Shown piece by piece: positions 24,569-33,916 of a stretch of 38,625 nucleotides of DNA. Source of the DNA: a virus. Its lineage: Duplodnaviria > Caudoviricetes. Every line of letters starts with the position of its first letter. The stretch's first letter is position 1. Made by a program: the position numbers and the translations under genes. The notes beneath the pieces were generated by a model, which ran no database searches, was not told the DNA's origin, and saw nothing but the letters and a program-made list of their open reading frames with translations. The stretch spans positions 1 through 38,625 of IMG/VR virus record IMGVR_UViG_3300048998_000250. The stretch is one strand, 5' to 3'.

Positions 24569-26737
24569 TCAGCTATGCCCGAACTGGAACTCGATGTTGC
24601 GCGTGCCGCCCAGATGCTCCACCATCGCCATGAAGGCATCCTGGTCGGCCGGGTCGGCGAAGTCGAGGACCGGGCGCTGCCCAGGGAACACGATCGTCAG
24701 CGAGCCGCGGTGCGCACCGGCCAGGAGCGCGCTGTTGGCCGACTGCTGGTTCGTGTATCCTGAGCCGCCACTCGCGGCGGGCCCCCCCCCCCCCCCCCCC
24801 CCCCCCCCACCGCCGGAACTCCCTGCGATGCTGGCGACGGCGTACATCGCGACTGCCGCGGCGGTCCACTGCGCCGCTTCGGCCACGCCGGCCGGATTTC
24901 CGCCGATCGCTTTCGCGACCCCAGCGAGCGCCCGCGCCTGGAACTGCCTCGCTTCCGTCTTCGCCACCTCCGCGATCGCCTCCTTCATCGCCTGCTCGAA
25001 CGCCTGGCCGCCGAGTTTCGAGCCGGTGACCATGTTGCCGATCGCGGCGCCCATCCCCTCGCTGAACCCGGCGATCGGGCCCGCCACGACGTCGGCGATC
25101 GCGTCCCCGAACGTGTGCCACTGCTCCGTCGCGCTCCCCAGCTTCTTTGCATGCTCGTCGACCGCGTTGCCGATCCGGTCGACCATACTGACGTGCGCGC
25201 CCTCCTCGACCGCCGCCCGGTCGACGAACGCGCCCTGTTTCGCCTGCGCGCGAATCTGATCGAGCGTCGCCTTGATCTCGGCGGCGTCGTCGATCTTCTC
25301 GATGGCCTTGTTCGGGTGGTCCTGCTGGTTCCGTTCCCGGTCGTCCTTCCGGTTCATCTGCTCCAGCGCCGTCGGCTCGGTCTCCGGATCGTGATACTTG
25401 ACCCGTGCGGCGTGCGCCTGGTTCGCGCGCTCAAGCAAGAGCGCGCGGCGCTCCCAGGTGAGATTCCCGTTCTTGAGCGCCTCGGTGGCCGCGTGCTCGA
25501 TCAGGCGCAGTTGCGCGAGCCCGACCGCGAGCGTGCCGTTGCCAGCCGCCAGTTTCTCCGCCAACTGCAACCGCGCCTGGATCGCCGCGTCCTGCGCTTT
25601 GATCCTGGCAAGTCGCGCCTTCTCCTCGGCGTCCGCCTTCTTCTGCCGGGCGGCTTCCTCGGCTGCCGCCCGCTCGGCGAGCCGAGCCTTGTTGTTCCGC
25701 GCTGCCTCGTCGAGTTGGGCCTGTGTCCGCTGCACGCCTTCCGCTTCGCGTTCGGACGCCGTGGCTGCGGCTCCCCCGACGCGCTCATAGGCCGCGACGA
25801 GATCGTGGCTCAGTGCCTTGTTCAGCCCATGCCACGCATCCTTGAGATGCGCGAGGTCCTCCATCTGCTTCTCGGGGCTGAACGCGTGCTGGATCGCCAG
25901 CGCCGCATAGCCGATCGCTTCCCCGAAGTAGAACGCGGCCCGGACCACGTCCGCGAAGGCGCTGGTCAGCTCCTTGACGCCCGCTACGATGACGGTAAAC
26001 CAGAAGCCGATCGTGCCCTTGTTCGCCTCGATATACTGGGTGAGGGATTCCAGCCCCTCACGCACGGCAGACATCCCGTTGCCGAGCTTCGAGTTGCCGG
26101 TGATGACGTCTCCGACCGCTTCAAGGAGATTGTAGAACTTGATCTTCGTCGCCTCGACCTGGCCGCCGAACGTCGCCATGTCGGCCGCTGCCGCGCCGCC
26201 GATCCGCTCTCGCAACTGCTTGAGCCCATCGTGCGCGTCTTTCGTGACGATGCCGAATTGCCGGAGCACGCGGGTATTCCCGCCCATGACGCGCCCGACC
26301 AATTCGGCGGCCTCGTTGAACTCCAGGTGCTTCGCCTTCGCCAGATCGGCGGTGAGCACCATCTGGTCGAGTGAGCCCTTGTAGTCGCCCGACCGCTGCA
26401 CGAGGGTGTTGAACCCCTTGATCGCGTCGTCGGTGCGGACGTTCGCGACCTGCTGGAGCGACTTGATCGTCTCCTCAATCTGGCCGCGGTTGTGCTCATA
26501 GCTCACGCCGACGTTCGCGAGCGTGTTGGAGAGCTGCGCGTAGCTCTGCTCTGCCTCGGTCGCCTTCTCGATCGCGCCCTTGAAGAACTCGACGATCGTG
26601 AAGCCAACGAACGCTTCCGCAATGAGGGTCTTCGCCTCGCTGGCGAATTCCTGCACGTGGTGGCGCGCGGACTTGAACCCTGGGACGGTTTCGTCCAGCG
26701 CATTGATGACGACGTTGACGTCCTTCTTGCCGCTCAC
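24569..26737 (-). CDS. Tape measure protein
   Basis: DVNVVINALDET start, long Ala-rich helical body, located after the tail chaperones. Confidence 0.9.
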   Translation of the reverse strand: MSGKKDVNVVINALDETVPGFKSARHHVQEFASEAKTLIAEAFVGFTIVEFFKGAIEKATEAEQSYAQLSNTLANVGVSYEHNRGQIEETIKSLQQVANVRTDDAIKGFNTLVQRSGDYKGSLDQMVLTADLAKAKHLEFNEAAELVGRVMGGNTRVLRQFGIVTKDAHDGLKQLRERIGGAAAADMATFGGQVEATKIKFYNLLEAVGDVITGNSKLGNGMSAVREGLESLTQYIEANKGTIGFWFTVIVAGVKELTSAFADVVRAAFYFGEAIGYAALAIQHAFSPEKQMEDLAHLKDAWHGLNKALSHDLVAAYERVGGAAATASEREAEGVQRTQAQLDEAARNNKARLAERAAAEEAARQKKADAEEKARLARIKAQDAAIQARLQLAEKLAAGNGTLAVGLAQLRLIEHAATEALKNGNLTWERRALLLERANQAHAARVKYHDPETEPTALEQMNRKDDRERNQQDHPNKAIEKIDDAAEIKATLDQIRAQAKQGAFVDRAAVEEGAHVSMVDRIGNAVDEHAKKLGSATEQWHTFGDAIADVVAGPIAGFSEGMGAAIGNMVTGSKLGGQAFEQAMKEAIAEVAKTEARQFQARALAGVAKAIGGNPAGVAEAAQWTAAAVAMYAVASIAGSSGGGGGGGGGGGPAASGGSGYTNQQSANSALLAGAHRGSLTIVFPGQRPVLDFADPADQDAFMAMVEHLGGTRNIEFQFGHS
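24782..24808. repeat. C27 homopolymer (poly-Gly in tape measure)
   Basis: 27 consecutive C. Confidence 0.9.
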
Positions 26738-27150
26738 GGCGCCGCCTCGGGGTACGCGGTGGCGAGCAGTTGCTCGACATGCCGGCCTCGCGTCGCCTTC
26801 CCCTCGTCCCCGCCGTGGATCATGGCCCCGGCCAACAGGGCAGCGAAGTACGCGTCCGCCTGCTCCGCCGCGGCGACGTGCGCGATCGCGGCCAGCATGG
26901 GGTAGAACAGCCGGAAGGGGATCGCCCCGTCAGCAGTCGGCCACTCGCGCGACCAGAACATGTCACGACCGTAGAAGCGGATGAAGCGCGCGACGAGGTA
27001 GCCGACGGGCATGCCCCGCCCGCGGGGCGTCGTCTGCTCACGCGCGCGGCGGTTGTTCATGCGGGCGAGCTTAGCCCACTCGTCGTCGGGGTCCTCGTCC
27101 GCAGCCCAGGCACCGTCCACCGCTGCGCCGCTGCCTGGGCGTTGACAAAA
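26734..27150 (-). CDS. Tail assembly chaperone T part (-1 frame relative to G)
   Basis: Open -1 frame overlapping the G 3' end and ending at the tape measure start. Confidence 0.6.
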   Translation of the reverse strand, partial: FCQRPGSGAAVDGAWAADEDPDDEWAKLARMNNRRAREQTTPRGRGMPVGYLVARFIRFYGRDMFWSREWPTADGAIPFRLFYPMLAAIAHVAAAEQADAYFAALLAGAMIHGGDEGKATRGRHVEQLLATAYPEAAP

Positions 27151-27449
27151 GTCAGGAACGCGTCCAGTTGGAGCCCGTAGGGGAGCGTCGCCACGAGATC
27201 GGCGACGCGCTTGGCCCCGCATCGGCGCGTCCACCAGGAGGGGGGCGGGAAGAAGACGTCGATCACCTCGCGCATCAGCGCGGTCCCGCCCTCGACGCCG
27301 AGGTCCCCGAGGTGTTGCAGCCGGTCCTCGTAGCGGAACCACTCCATCGCCGAGAGCACGCGCCCCACGTAGACCGTCTCGCCGTCCTGGAACCGGGGCG
27401 GCTCCACGGCAGCGAGCAGCGCCGCGCGGTCGAAGGTCCGAATGTCCAT
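27057..27449 (-). CDS. Tail assembly chaperone G
   Basis: 130 aa between the tail tube and tape measure genes. Confidence 0.7.
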   Translation of the reverse strand: MDIRTFDRAALLAAVEPPRFQDGETVYVGRVLSAMEWFRYEDRLQHLGDLGVEGGTALMREVIDVFFPPPSWWTRRCGAKRVADLVATLPYGLQLDAFLTFVNAQAAAQRWTVPGLRTRTPTTSGLSSPA

Positions 27450-28453
27450 CAGTCGAACGTGATGGAGTATTCATCGTTCAGCCCGAGCGCCGACGGGTTG
27501 AGCTGGAACGACAGGGTCCAGACCGCCGCCTGCGCTTCCTTCACCGGTTTGGGCTCGACCATGATCTGCGCGGCCGGGGCAGCGAATTTGATCCGCTTGT
27601 ACTGCACCGTGCCGAACGAGAACGCGATCGCGTTGGCGTTGGCCGACTCGTAGAGCTGGTATGGGTCGATCGCCCCCGCCGCGAGGAACGGTGACGCCGT
27701 GAGCGGGAGCGCTTCCATCGTCACGTCGAGCTGCGGGACGCGGTGCTCCGGCCCGAACCCGGCGTGCGCGGTCGAGTTGGCGTCCAGCCGGTCGCCGAGC
27801 TTCCGCGCCATCTTGAACTGGATCGTGCGGATCTTCGGCGCCGTCAGAAGCCCGAGCGAGAAGCCGATGTTGACCGCGGTCGGCGGGTCCTGCGACGGGT
27901 ACGTGATCGCCGGGACCGACGCGTCCGCGATCGCAGTGGCCATGAGTCCCATGAGCGGGAACTCGAAGATCGGCACGTCACCGGCCTTGGCGAACGCGAA
28001 GTTGAGGTCCGAGTACACCCCCGTGAGGTGGTACTGCTCCCCGCGGGCGAACAGGTCGAGCACGCCGGAGGCGAAGGCCGTGGGGCCGGCCGTGGGCGTG
28101 TACACCACCTTCTCGGCGTTCAGCGTCGTCGTGATCGTCTCGTCGTGCCCCGCGATGCGCATCAGGGTCGAGACGTTCGGCCTGTTGGCTGCGGAGTAGG
28201 CGGCGCCGAACGGACGGGGCTCGACCTTGGCCGTCCCCTTGCCGAACCGGCCGGAGGGCGTGGCGCGGCGCTGCACGCCGAGTGTGCCCGGTGGGGCGGG
28301 CCTCGTGCCGTCGTTGGCGTAGGCCGGCTGGAGATCCAGAAACTCGGCGAGCTGGATGCCGTCCGTGGCGGCCGCGGTCACGCCCCCGGCGTTGTACGAC
28401 GCTTCGACCTTGGCCTGGAGGCCGATGATGGTAACTGCTTTCGGGGCGCTCAC
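27449..28453 (-). CDS. Major tail tube protein
   Basis: LQAKVEASY...DGIQL...; ends NDEYSITFD; position fits. Confidence 0.85.
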   Translation of the reverse strand: MSAPKAVTIIGLQAKVEASYNAGGVTAAATDGIQLAEFLDLQPAYANDGTRPAPPGTLGVQRRATPSGRFGKGTAKVEPRPFGAAYSAANRPNVSTLMRIAGHDETITTTLNAEKVVYTPTAGPTAFASGVLDLFARGEQYHLTGVYSDLNFAFAKAGDVPIFEFPLMGLMATAIADASVPAITYPSQDPPTAVNIGFSLGLLTAPKIRTIQFKMARKLGDRLDANSTAHAGFGPEHRVPQLDVTMEALPLTASPFLAAGAIDPYQLYESANANAIAFSFGTVQYKRIKFAAPAAQIMVEPKPVKEAQAAVWTLSFQLNPSALGLNDEYSITFD

Positions 28454-28656
28454 AGGTCAGCTCCTTCGGCGTGGGAATACGGGGCCGGATCGGTATCCGC
28501 CGCGGCGATGGGCAGGGCGGCGGGCACCGGCGGAGCGGTCTGCGCGGCGACGTACTGCTCGACCGCGGCCCCGCCCTCGGCTTCGATGGACTGCGGGATG
28601 GCGACGCCGTCGACGGTGAGGCCGCTCGGCACGGGGTCGTTCGACGGAGGAGTCAT
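28450..28656 (-). CDS. Small hypothetical protein
   Basis: 68 aa; ATGA overlap with the tail tube gene. Confidence 0.6.
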   Translation of the reverse strand: MTPPSNDPVPSGLTVDGVAIPQSIEAEGGAAVEQYVAAQTAPPVPAALPIAAADTDPAPYSHAEGADL

Positions 28657-28712
28657 GGGTGACGTGGGTGACGTGGGTGACGTGGGTGACGTGGGTGACG
28701 TGGGTTACGTGG
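28656..28712. repeat. 9-bp tandem repeat TGGGTGACG x5 plus variant TGGGTTACG
   Basis: Directly visible; fills the intergenic space. Confidence 0.95.
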
Positions 28713-29271
28713 CTTCGTCGCGGATGGCATAGCTGGCGAGGATGCCGGTGCTCAGCACCGCGCCGTCCTTGGTGTCGTCGAACCGCACCTCGCGGAGCGC
28801 CGAGCAGCTGCGCAGCGCGACGGCGTTGCGCAGGCGGAACACGTCGTAGCGCGCCGGGTCGTGCAATTGCTTGAGGGACCGCAGGATGGCGCGCATCGTG
28901 TAGTGCGCCGCAGCCCGGCCCGTCGCAATGTCGGCGCGCTGCGTCACCCACGCGACGACCACGTCGGCCGTGGCATCGCGGTACGTGGTCAGCACCTCGC
29001 CATCGGGGTAGTTGATGCCGTTGTGCACGAACACCGCGAGCGCGGGGAACGTGATGCCGGACCCCTCGTAGGGCGCAGTCAGTCGCGCGACCCACGCGTC
29101 TCGCGTCGCGTCGTACACGGTGACGTTCGCGGGCTGCGGATCGGTGCCGTCCCGCGGGACCGCCGGGAGGAGCGCGTTCACCGACAGCGGCCCATCAGCG
29201 AGGCCGGCTGGCCCGTTCGTGCCGTAGTGGAGCCAGTCGGCAACCATGCGCGTCACTTCGAGCTCGGCCAT
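28705..29271 (-). CDS. Tail terminator/completion-like protein
   Basis: TAATG coupling; FPALAVF motif; position before the tail tube. Confidence 0.65.
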   Translation of the reverse strand: MAELEVTRMVADWLHYGTNGPAGLADGPLSVNALLPAVPRDGTDPQPANVTVYDATRDAWVARLTAPYEGSGITFPALAVFVHNGINYPDGEVLTTYRDATADVVVAWVTQRADIATGRAAAHYTMRAILRSLKQLHDPARYDVFRLRNAVALRSCSALREVRFDDTKDGAVLSTGILASYAIRDEAT

Positions 29272-29582
29272 TAGCCCTCCACCAGATGCAGCACGCGCGA
29301 GCCGTCCGCGCCGGCATCGCCGAGGTCGCGCAGGTGATAGGGATTCCCGTTCACCGTGATCGCGCGCTCGTTCACGAGCCCCGTGAGCGAGCCGTCGCGG
29401 ATGCGCAGCTTCGGCAACCGGCCGACGGTCGTCATGCCGGTGTCGATGTTCAGGCTCGTCACCTGCTGCGTGTCGAGAATCCCGTTCGTCGACTGCGCGA
29501 CGCCGCCGGGTGCGGTGTAGCTCACCGGCAGGCCGAGGTCGGCCAGCATCAGGTCCAGTTCGGCCGCGCTCCCGATGGCCAT
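29271..29582 (-). CDS. Head-tail joining protein (lambda gpFII-like)
   Basis: DLGLPVSYT...GILD...ITVNGNPYHL...DGSRVLHL pattern. Confidence 0.7.
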   Translation of the reverse strand: MAIGSAAELDLMLADLGLPVSYTAPGGVAQSTNGILDTQQVTSLNIDTGMTTVGRLPKLRIRDGSLTGLVNERAITVNGNPYHLRDLGDAGADGSRVLHLVEG

Positions 29583-29585
29583 GGG

Positions 29586-30428
29586 TTACGCCGCGTCGTG
29601 GCCGGTGAGCGCGACGGACGCGAACGACCCGGCGACGCCGGCCGCCGTGAACTCGAGCGTCATCGCATTGCCCGCCGTGCCGACGATGTTGAGGCCCGAC
29701 ACGTTGAGGTCCCACACCCCGTTGATCGGCAGGATGATCTGTTTCGTCCAGAGGATCGCCCCCACGCCGGTGGCCCCATCCCGCAGCACGAGGATCGCCG
29801 CCGCCGCCTGGGCCGTGGCACCGGTCGCGAGCGTGGCCGCGAGGGAGGTGCAGATGTGCCGGAGACCAGCGACGGCGGCCCGCGTGGTCGTCGCCTGCGT
29901 CGCGGCAGCTGGGGTCTGGCCTTGCGACCAGTCGCCGGGCAGGCTCACCAGTGCTGCGCCCGTCGCCGACAGCGTGGCCAGCGCGCCGCCAGATGCCACG
30001 GGCGCGAGCGCCCCGGTGCGCACTTCAAGCACGCCGCCGGTGAAATCGAGCAGCCCGGCGGCTGGAACGACCAGCGTCAGCCGCAACGCCTGCACGCCCG
30101 CCGGCACGGGGACGACGTTCTCGCTCAGCGTCGCCGCCGCGAGGGTGAGCGCGATGCTCGGGGGGACGGTGTTCTTGGACACGCCATCCGCGAGGCATGG
30201 CACGACGGTTCCCGTGCAGGCCCCAGTGACGGTGGCCGGTCTGGTGGTGAAGATGGCCGACTGGCCGCCCGCGACCGGGATGATGAAGTCGTAGCTCCCC
30301 GGCCCGAGCGGCCCGAGTGCCGTGACGGCGGTGTCGCGCCCGACGCCGGGGAGCGTGCCATCGCCCCGCACGACGTCCTGTCGTCCGATGACGGCCCGTT
30401 CGACCTTCAGGAGTTGGCTTTCGCTCAT
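29586..30428 (-). CDS. Beta-rich structural protein
   Basis: Start MSESQLL at ATGA overlap with GAGGAG RBS. Confidence 0.65.
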   Translation of the reverse strand: MSESQLLKVERAVIGRQDVVRGDGTLPGVGRDTAVTALGPLGPGSYDFIIPVAGGQSAIFTTRPATVTGACTGTVVPCLADGVSKNTVPPSIALTLAAATLSENVVPVPAGVQALRLTLVVPAAGLLDFTGGVLEVRTGALAPVASGGALATLSATGAALVSLPGDWSQGQTPAAATQATTTRAAVAGLRHICTSLAATLATGATAQAAAAILVLRDGATGVGAILWTKQIILPINGVWDLNVSGLNIVGTAGNAMTLEFTAAGVAGSFASVALTGHDAA

Positions 30429-30679
30429 CGACGGCTCTTCGGCGAGGGGGGAGTGGCGCCGCCCGCGGATCGCGCGACGTGGGGCGAGTGTGCTGGGGCC
30501 TCCTGCGCCGGGTCGCGCAGGAAGGAACTGAGGAGGGCACGCGCGATGGGCGACTCTTCGGAGGAGTCCTCGGCGTCCGGCCACCGCGCGTGCCCGCGCG
30601 CCACCATGGCACGCGCCACGGGGACGGCGAGATCCACCGCCGTGCCCGCGCGCGCGCCGAGGAGGACGACGACGATCAC
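30425..30679 (-). CDS. Small head-region hypothetical protein
   Basis: GTG start; AGTAVDLAVPVARAMVARGHA motif; basic tail. Confidence 0.6.
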   Translation of the reverse strand: MIVVVLLGARAGTAVDLAVPVARAMVARGHARWPDAEDSSEESPIARALLSSFLRDPAQEAPAHSPHVARSAGGATPPSPKSRR

Positions 30680-30690
30680 GGCCCGATGCC

Positions 30691-31176
30691 TCAGACGACC
30701 AGCGAGTCGGGCGCCGTGCCGGCGTAGCGCAGGCCGGTCGGAATCGCCTCGGCCTGCGTGATGTTCGCCGCGATCGACGCCCCGGTCACGAGCGTGACGT
30801 AGGCGTACCCGTTGGCCACGTCGAGCTGTGCGGCGTCCACCTCGAAGATCACGAGTTTGGTCTGGAGCCCGGCGTCCGTCGTGAACGTGTTGGCGTCCAC
30901 GGCCTGCCGCACGAGTGCGTCGTTGGCGCCCGTGTTGAGGTTGACGTAGATGGCGACGGCCGGTCCCGCCTTGGCCCCAGCCCCAGCCGCCGAGGTGGCC
31001 TGTTGCAGGGTGACCGCGACGGTATTGGCCGCCCCCTGGTTGATGTGGACGACGAGGAACACCTTGGCGGCCTTCTTGAGGCCAACCCACGCGCCCGTGC
31101 GGCCCGCGGCGTCGGCCGCGGGCGGGAGCACCGACACGGGCGGGGTCTGCTGCGCGAGCGAGAATGCCTTCGGCAT
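30691..31176 (-). CDS. Capsid decoration/cement-like protein
   Basis: 161-aa beta-rich protein directly after the capsid gene. Confidence 0.65.
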   Translation of the reverse strand: MPKAFSLAQQTPPVSVLPPAADAAGRTGAWVGLKKAAKVFLVVHINQGAANTVAVTLQQATSAAGAGAKAGPAVAIYVNLNTGANDALVRQAVDANTFTTDAGLQTKLVIFEVDAAQLDVANGYAYVTLVTGASIAANITQAEAIPTGLRYAGTAPDSLVV

Positions 31177-31213
31177 TGCGAGAGTCTCCGAGTGGAGCGT
31201 GAAGTCGAGGAAG

Positions 31214-31237
31214 GGCGGGGCGCCGCGGCGCCCCGCC
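31214..31237. terminator. 24-bp perfect palindrome after capsid gene
   Basis: GGCGGGGCGCCG|CGGCGCCCCGCC. Confidence 0.55.
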
Positions 31238-31242
31238 TCGGA

Positions 31243-33915
31243 TTACCGGGCCGCGATGGTGACGAATGGGGACAGCGTGTTCACGCCGTTCTTCGGGGTG
31301 AGCGGGACGTTCCACACGGGCTGGCCATCCACCCGATACGTGATGCGGAACGTCATCTCGTCGTTCAGGAACCGGACGTGGAGCGACTGGGCCTGCTGGG
31401 CGCCCCCCTTGTCGATCACCAGGTACTGCGACAGATCGGCGAGCGTGATGTCGCCCGGAGTGCCCAGCGTCGCGGCGTATTCGATCGGCACGATCGGCCG
31501 GCCGAGCAGCGTGCCGTAGGGCGCCACCGCGAACCCACCCTGCGGGGGCAGGTAGACGGGCCAGTTGCCCAGCTGGAGCTGCAACAGCTGCGGCAGCACG
31601 TCCTGGTTGATGAACCACACGGCGTTCATCAGCGACCGCGCCCAGAGCCGGGCGTACACCTTCGTGATGTTCTGCACGTTCACGGTCGCCGCGGCCTGCG
31701 CCCCTTCCTTCGCGACCTGGAGGATTGCGCCCGACTGGAAAATCCCCAGCGGCTGACCGTTGCCGGTGCCGTTCAGGATGGCATCCTCCGTCATGAACGT
31801 CACTTCCTCGGAGAACGCTTCCTGCGCCACCGCGCCCATCGCGGTGGTGTCCTGCATCAGTTCGTCGGTCAGGTACCAGACCGCGAACAGCTTGCGGAGC
31901 TCGAGCTGCATCTGGCGCAGCTTGGGCTTCTTCGCGGCCACCGTGTCCGCCTCGCTCGCCCAGTACGCCTGGATGCCGCCGTAGCGGGACCCGGTTGCGC
32001 GGCTCGTCTCGTCCACCGCGTTGATCTTGAGCCCGTTCGCCTGCTCGGAGATCGGGATCGTCCGGACGCGACTCAGGATCTGGCCCGTCTGATACGAGCG
32101 CTTCAGGATCTCCGTGGAGAAATCCGTCTGGATGGCGAACCCGCCGTCGGAGGGCGTGGCCTCGCCCATGCCCGACGCGGCCGCCTGGAGCGACTGCACG
32201 TGCAGCAGGCGCTTGTCCATGGCGTGCGGATTCCGGGTGGACTTGACGATCGCCTGCAACTGATCGCCGAACGACGCGAACGGCTTCTCCGCCTCGCGAT
32301 CCGCCCCGACGCGAATCGGCGGTGACGCACTCGCGAGCTGGCGCTTGATGCTGAGGATGTGCGCGGCGGCGGCGTTCATGTCGCCGCCCGCCTTGGCGAC
32401 GACGTCGGCCTGGTGCGTGGCCTCGAGGCCATGCTCGCCGGCCAGCGCGCGGATCTGGGCGTTCACTTGCTCACGCTTTTCGAGCGCGGCCTCGACCGCC
32501 GCGGCGATCGCTGCGGCCCCAGGCTGGGCCGCCGTGTTTGCTTCGGGCATACTCTGCTCCATGGCCAAGGGCCGGTTGAGTGCGGGGGACCGGGTGTGCG
32601 TGACGGCGCCCCCGCCCGCCGTCACGGTGAACGCGCCCGCGAGCCCGGCACGGGGCCGGCTCCGTCGGGTGTCAGCCTTCGCGCGGCGCGCCTTCCGGCC
32701 CTTCCGCGCCGTGGTGTCCTCGGTGTCGTCATCCGCGTCCGGATCGCCGGTGATCTCTTCGTCGGCGCTGGCGTCGGCCGGATCGTCCTCGACCTCGTCA
32801 TCGTCAGAGTCGTCGGCGCTGGCGACGAAGTCCTCGTCGTCCTGTTCGAGATCCTCCTCCTCCTCGTCGTCCGGATCGTCGTCGGTGGTGTCGTCGGCGC
32901 GCCGCGTCCCCGCCGCCAGCCCGAAGCCGAGCGCCAGGAGGTCCGCCGTCAGCCCTCCCTCGAGCGCGGCCTGCACCGTGTCGCGTCCAGCCGACGCGGC
33001 GAGACGGGCCGCCGCGCGACGCGGCGTCTGGGCTTCTGCGCGACGGGCCTTGCCATTCATTCCGGCGGAGGGCGCTCCGAGGTCGGCCAGCACCTGCTCC
33101 AACGTGGCGACGCGATCGGCCAGCCCTTCGGCTACGGCCTGGCGCGCCGGGAGCACGCGGCCCTCTCCGAACCCGTTGGTGACGGCGCTCGCCTTCACGT
33201 CGCGCCCTGCGGCGACGGCGGCGACGAACATGTTGTAGAACTCGTCAACCATCGCCTGCTCGGCCGCGCGCGCCGCATCGGAGAGCGGCTCGTAGCTATT
33301 GCCCTCGGTCTTGAACTTCCCGGCGGAGATCAGCGTGCGCTTGATCCCGGCCCGTTCGTCCGCCGCCGACTCGTCGGTGTGGCAGGTGAACACGCCGATC
33401 GAGCCGATCAGGCTGGACGGACTGGCGACGATCTCGTCCGCCTGCGCGCAGATCCAATACGCGGCGCTCGCCATCAGAGCGTTGGCGACCGCGACGATCG
33501 GCTTGCCCTTGCCACGCGCGGCCCGAACCCGCGCGGCCAGTTCCGCGACCCCGGAGACCGACCCACCGGGGGAATCGCAGTCGATCACGATGGCGCCCAC
33601 TTCCGCGTTCGCCATCGCGGCATCGAAGCTCGCCGCGAATTGGTCGGTCGATGTCCCGCCGGAATACTCCGACACGACATTTGCGCGCTGGCAGACCACA
33701 CCATAGAGCGGGAGCACGGCGATCTTGCCGCCCACCGTCGGGGCGCGCGTGGCCGTGCTCCGCGCGTTCATGACGGCACGGATCTCCGCATCACTCTTGG
33801 CGACGCCGGAGGCCCGCAGTTCGAGCATATCGAGGATCGCGTGCAATTTCTCCGGCACGATCGCCCAGGCGGTCGACTGGACGGCGCGCATGACGCCGGG
33901 GATTCGGGTGCGCAT
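31243..33915 (-). CDS. S49 prohead protease fused to scaffold and HK97-fold major capsid protein
   Basis: DSPGGSVSG, MASAAYWI, GSIGV, AGKFK (S49); acidic linker; SDGGFAIQTDF...EDAILNGTGNGQPLGI...TLLGRPI (MCP). Confidence 0.92.
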   Translation of the reverse strand: MRTRIPGVMRAVQSTAWAIVPEKLHAILDMLELRASGVAKSDAEIRAVMNARSTATRAPTVGGKIAVLPLYGVVCQRANVVSEYSGGTSTDQFAASFDAAMANAEVGAIVIDCDSPGGSVSGVAELAARVRAARGKGKPIVAVANALMASAAYWICAQADEIVASPSSLIGSIGVFTCHTDESAADERAGIKRTLISAGKFKTEGNSYEPLSDAARAAEQAMVDEFYNMFVAAVAAGRDVKASAVTNGFGEGRVLPARQAVAEGLADRVATLEQVLADLGAPSAGMNGKARRAEAQTPRRAAARLAASAGRDTVQAALEGGLTADLLALGFGLAAGTRRADDTTDDDPDDEEEEDLEQDDEDFVASADDSDDDEVEDDPADASADEEITGDPDADDDTEDTTARKGRKARRAKADTRRSRPRAGLAGAFTVTAGGGAVTHTRSPALNRPLAMEQSMPEANTAAQPGAAAIAAAVEAALEKREQVNAQIRALAGEHGLEATHQADVVAKAGGDMNAAAAHILSIKRQLASASPPIRVGADREAEKPFASFGDQLQAIVKSTRNPHAMDKRLLHVQSLQAAASGMGEATPSDGGFAIQTDFSTEILKRSYQTGQILSRVRTIPISEQANGLKINAVDETSRATGSRYGGIQAYWASEADTVAAKKPKLRQMQLELRKLFAVWYLTDELMQDTTAMGAVAQEAFSEEVTFMTEDAILNGTGNGQPLGIFQSGAILQVAKEGAQAAATVNVQNITKVYARLWARSLMNAVWFINQDVLPQLLQLQLGNWPVYLPPQGGFAVAPYGTLLGRPIVPIEYAATLGTPGDITLADLSQYLVIDKGGAQQAQSLHVRFLNDEMTFRITYRVDGQPVWNVPLTPKNGVNTLSPFVTIAAR

Positions 33916-33916
33916 C

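Noticed and set aside
28656-28712. CRISPR array (also 84-299)
   Set aside because: Contiguous 9-bp units with no spacers and no cas genes.
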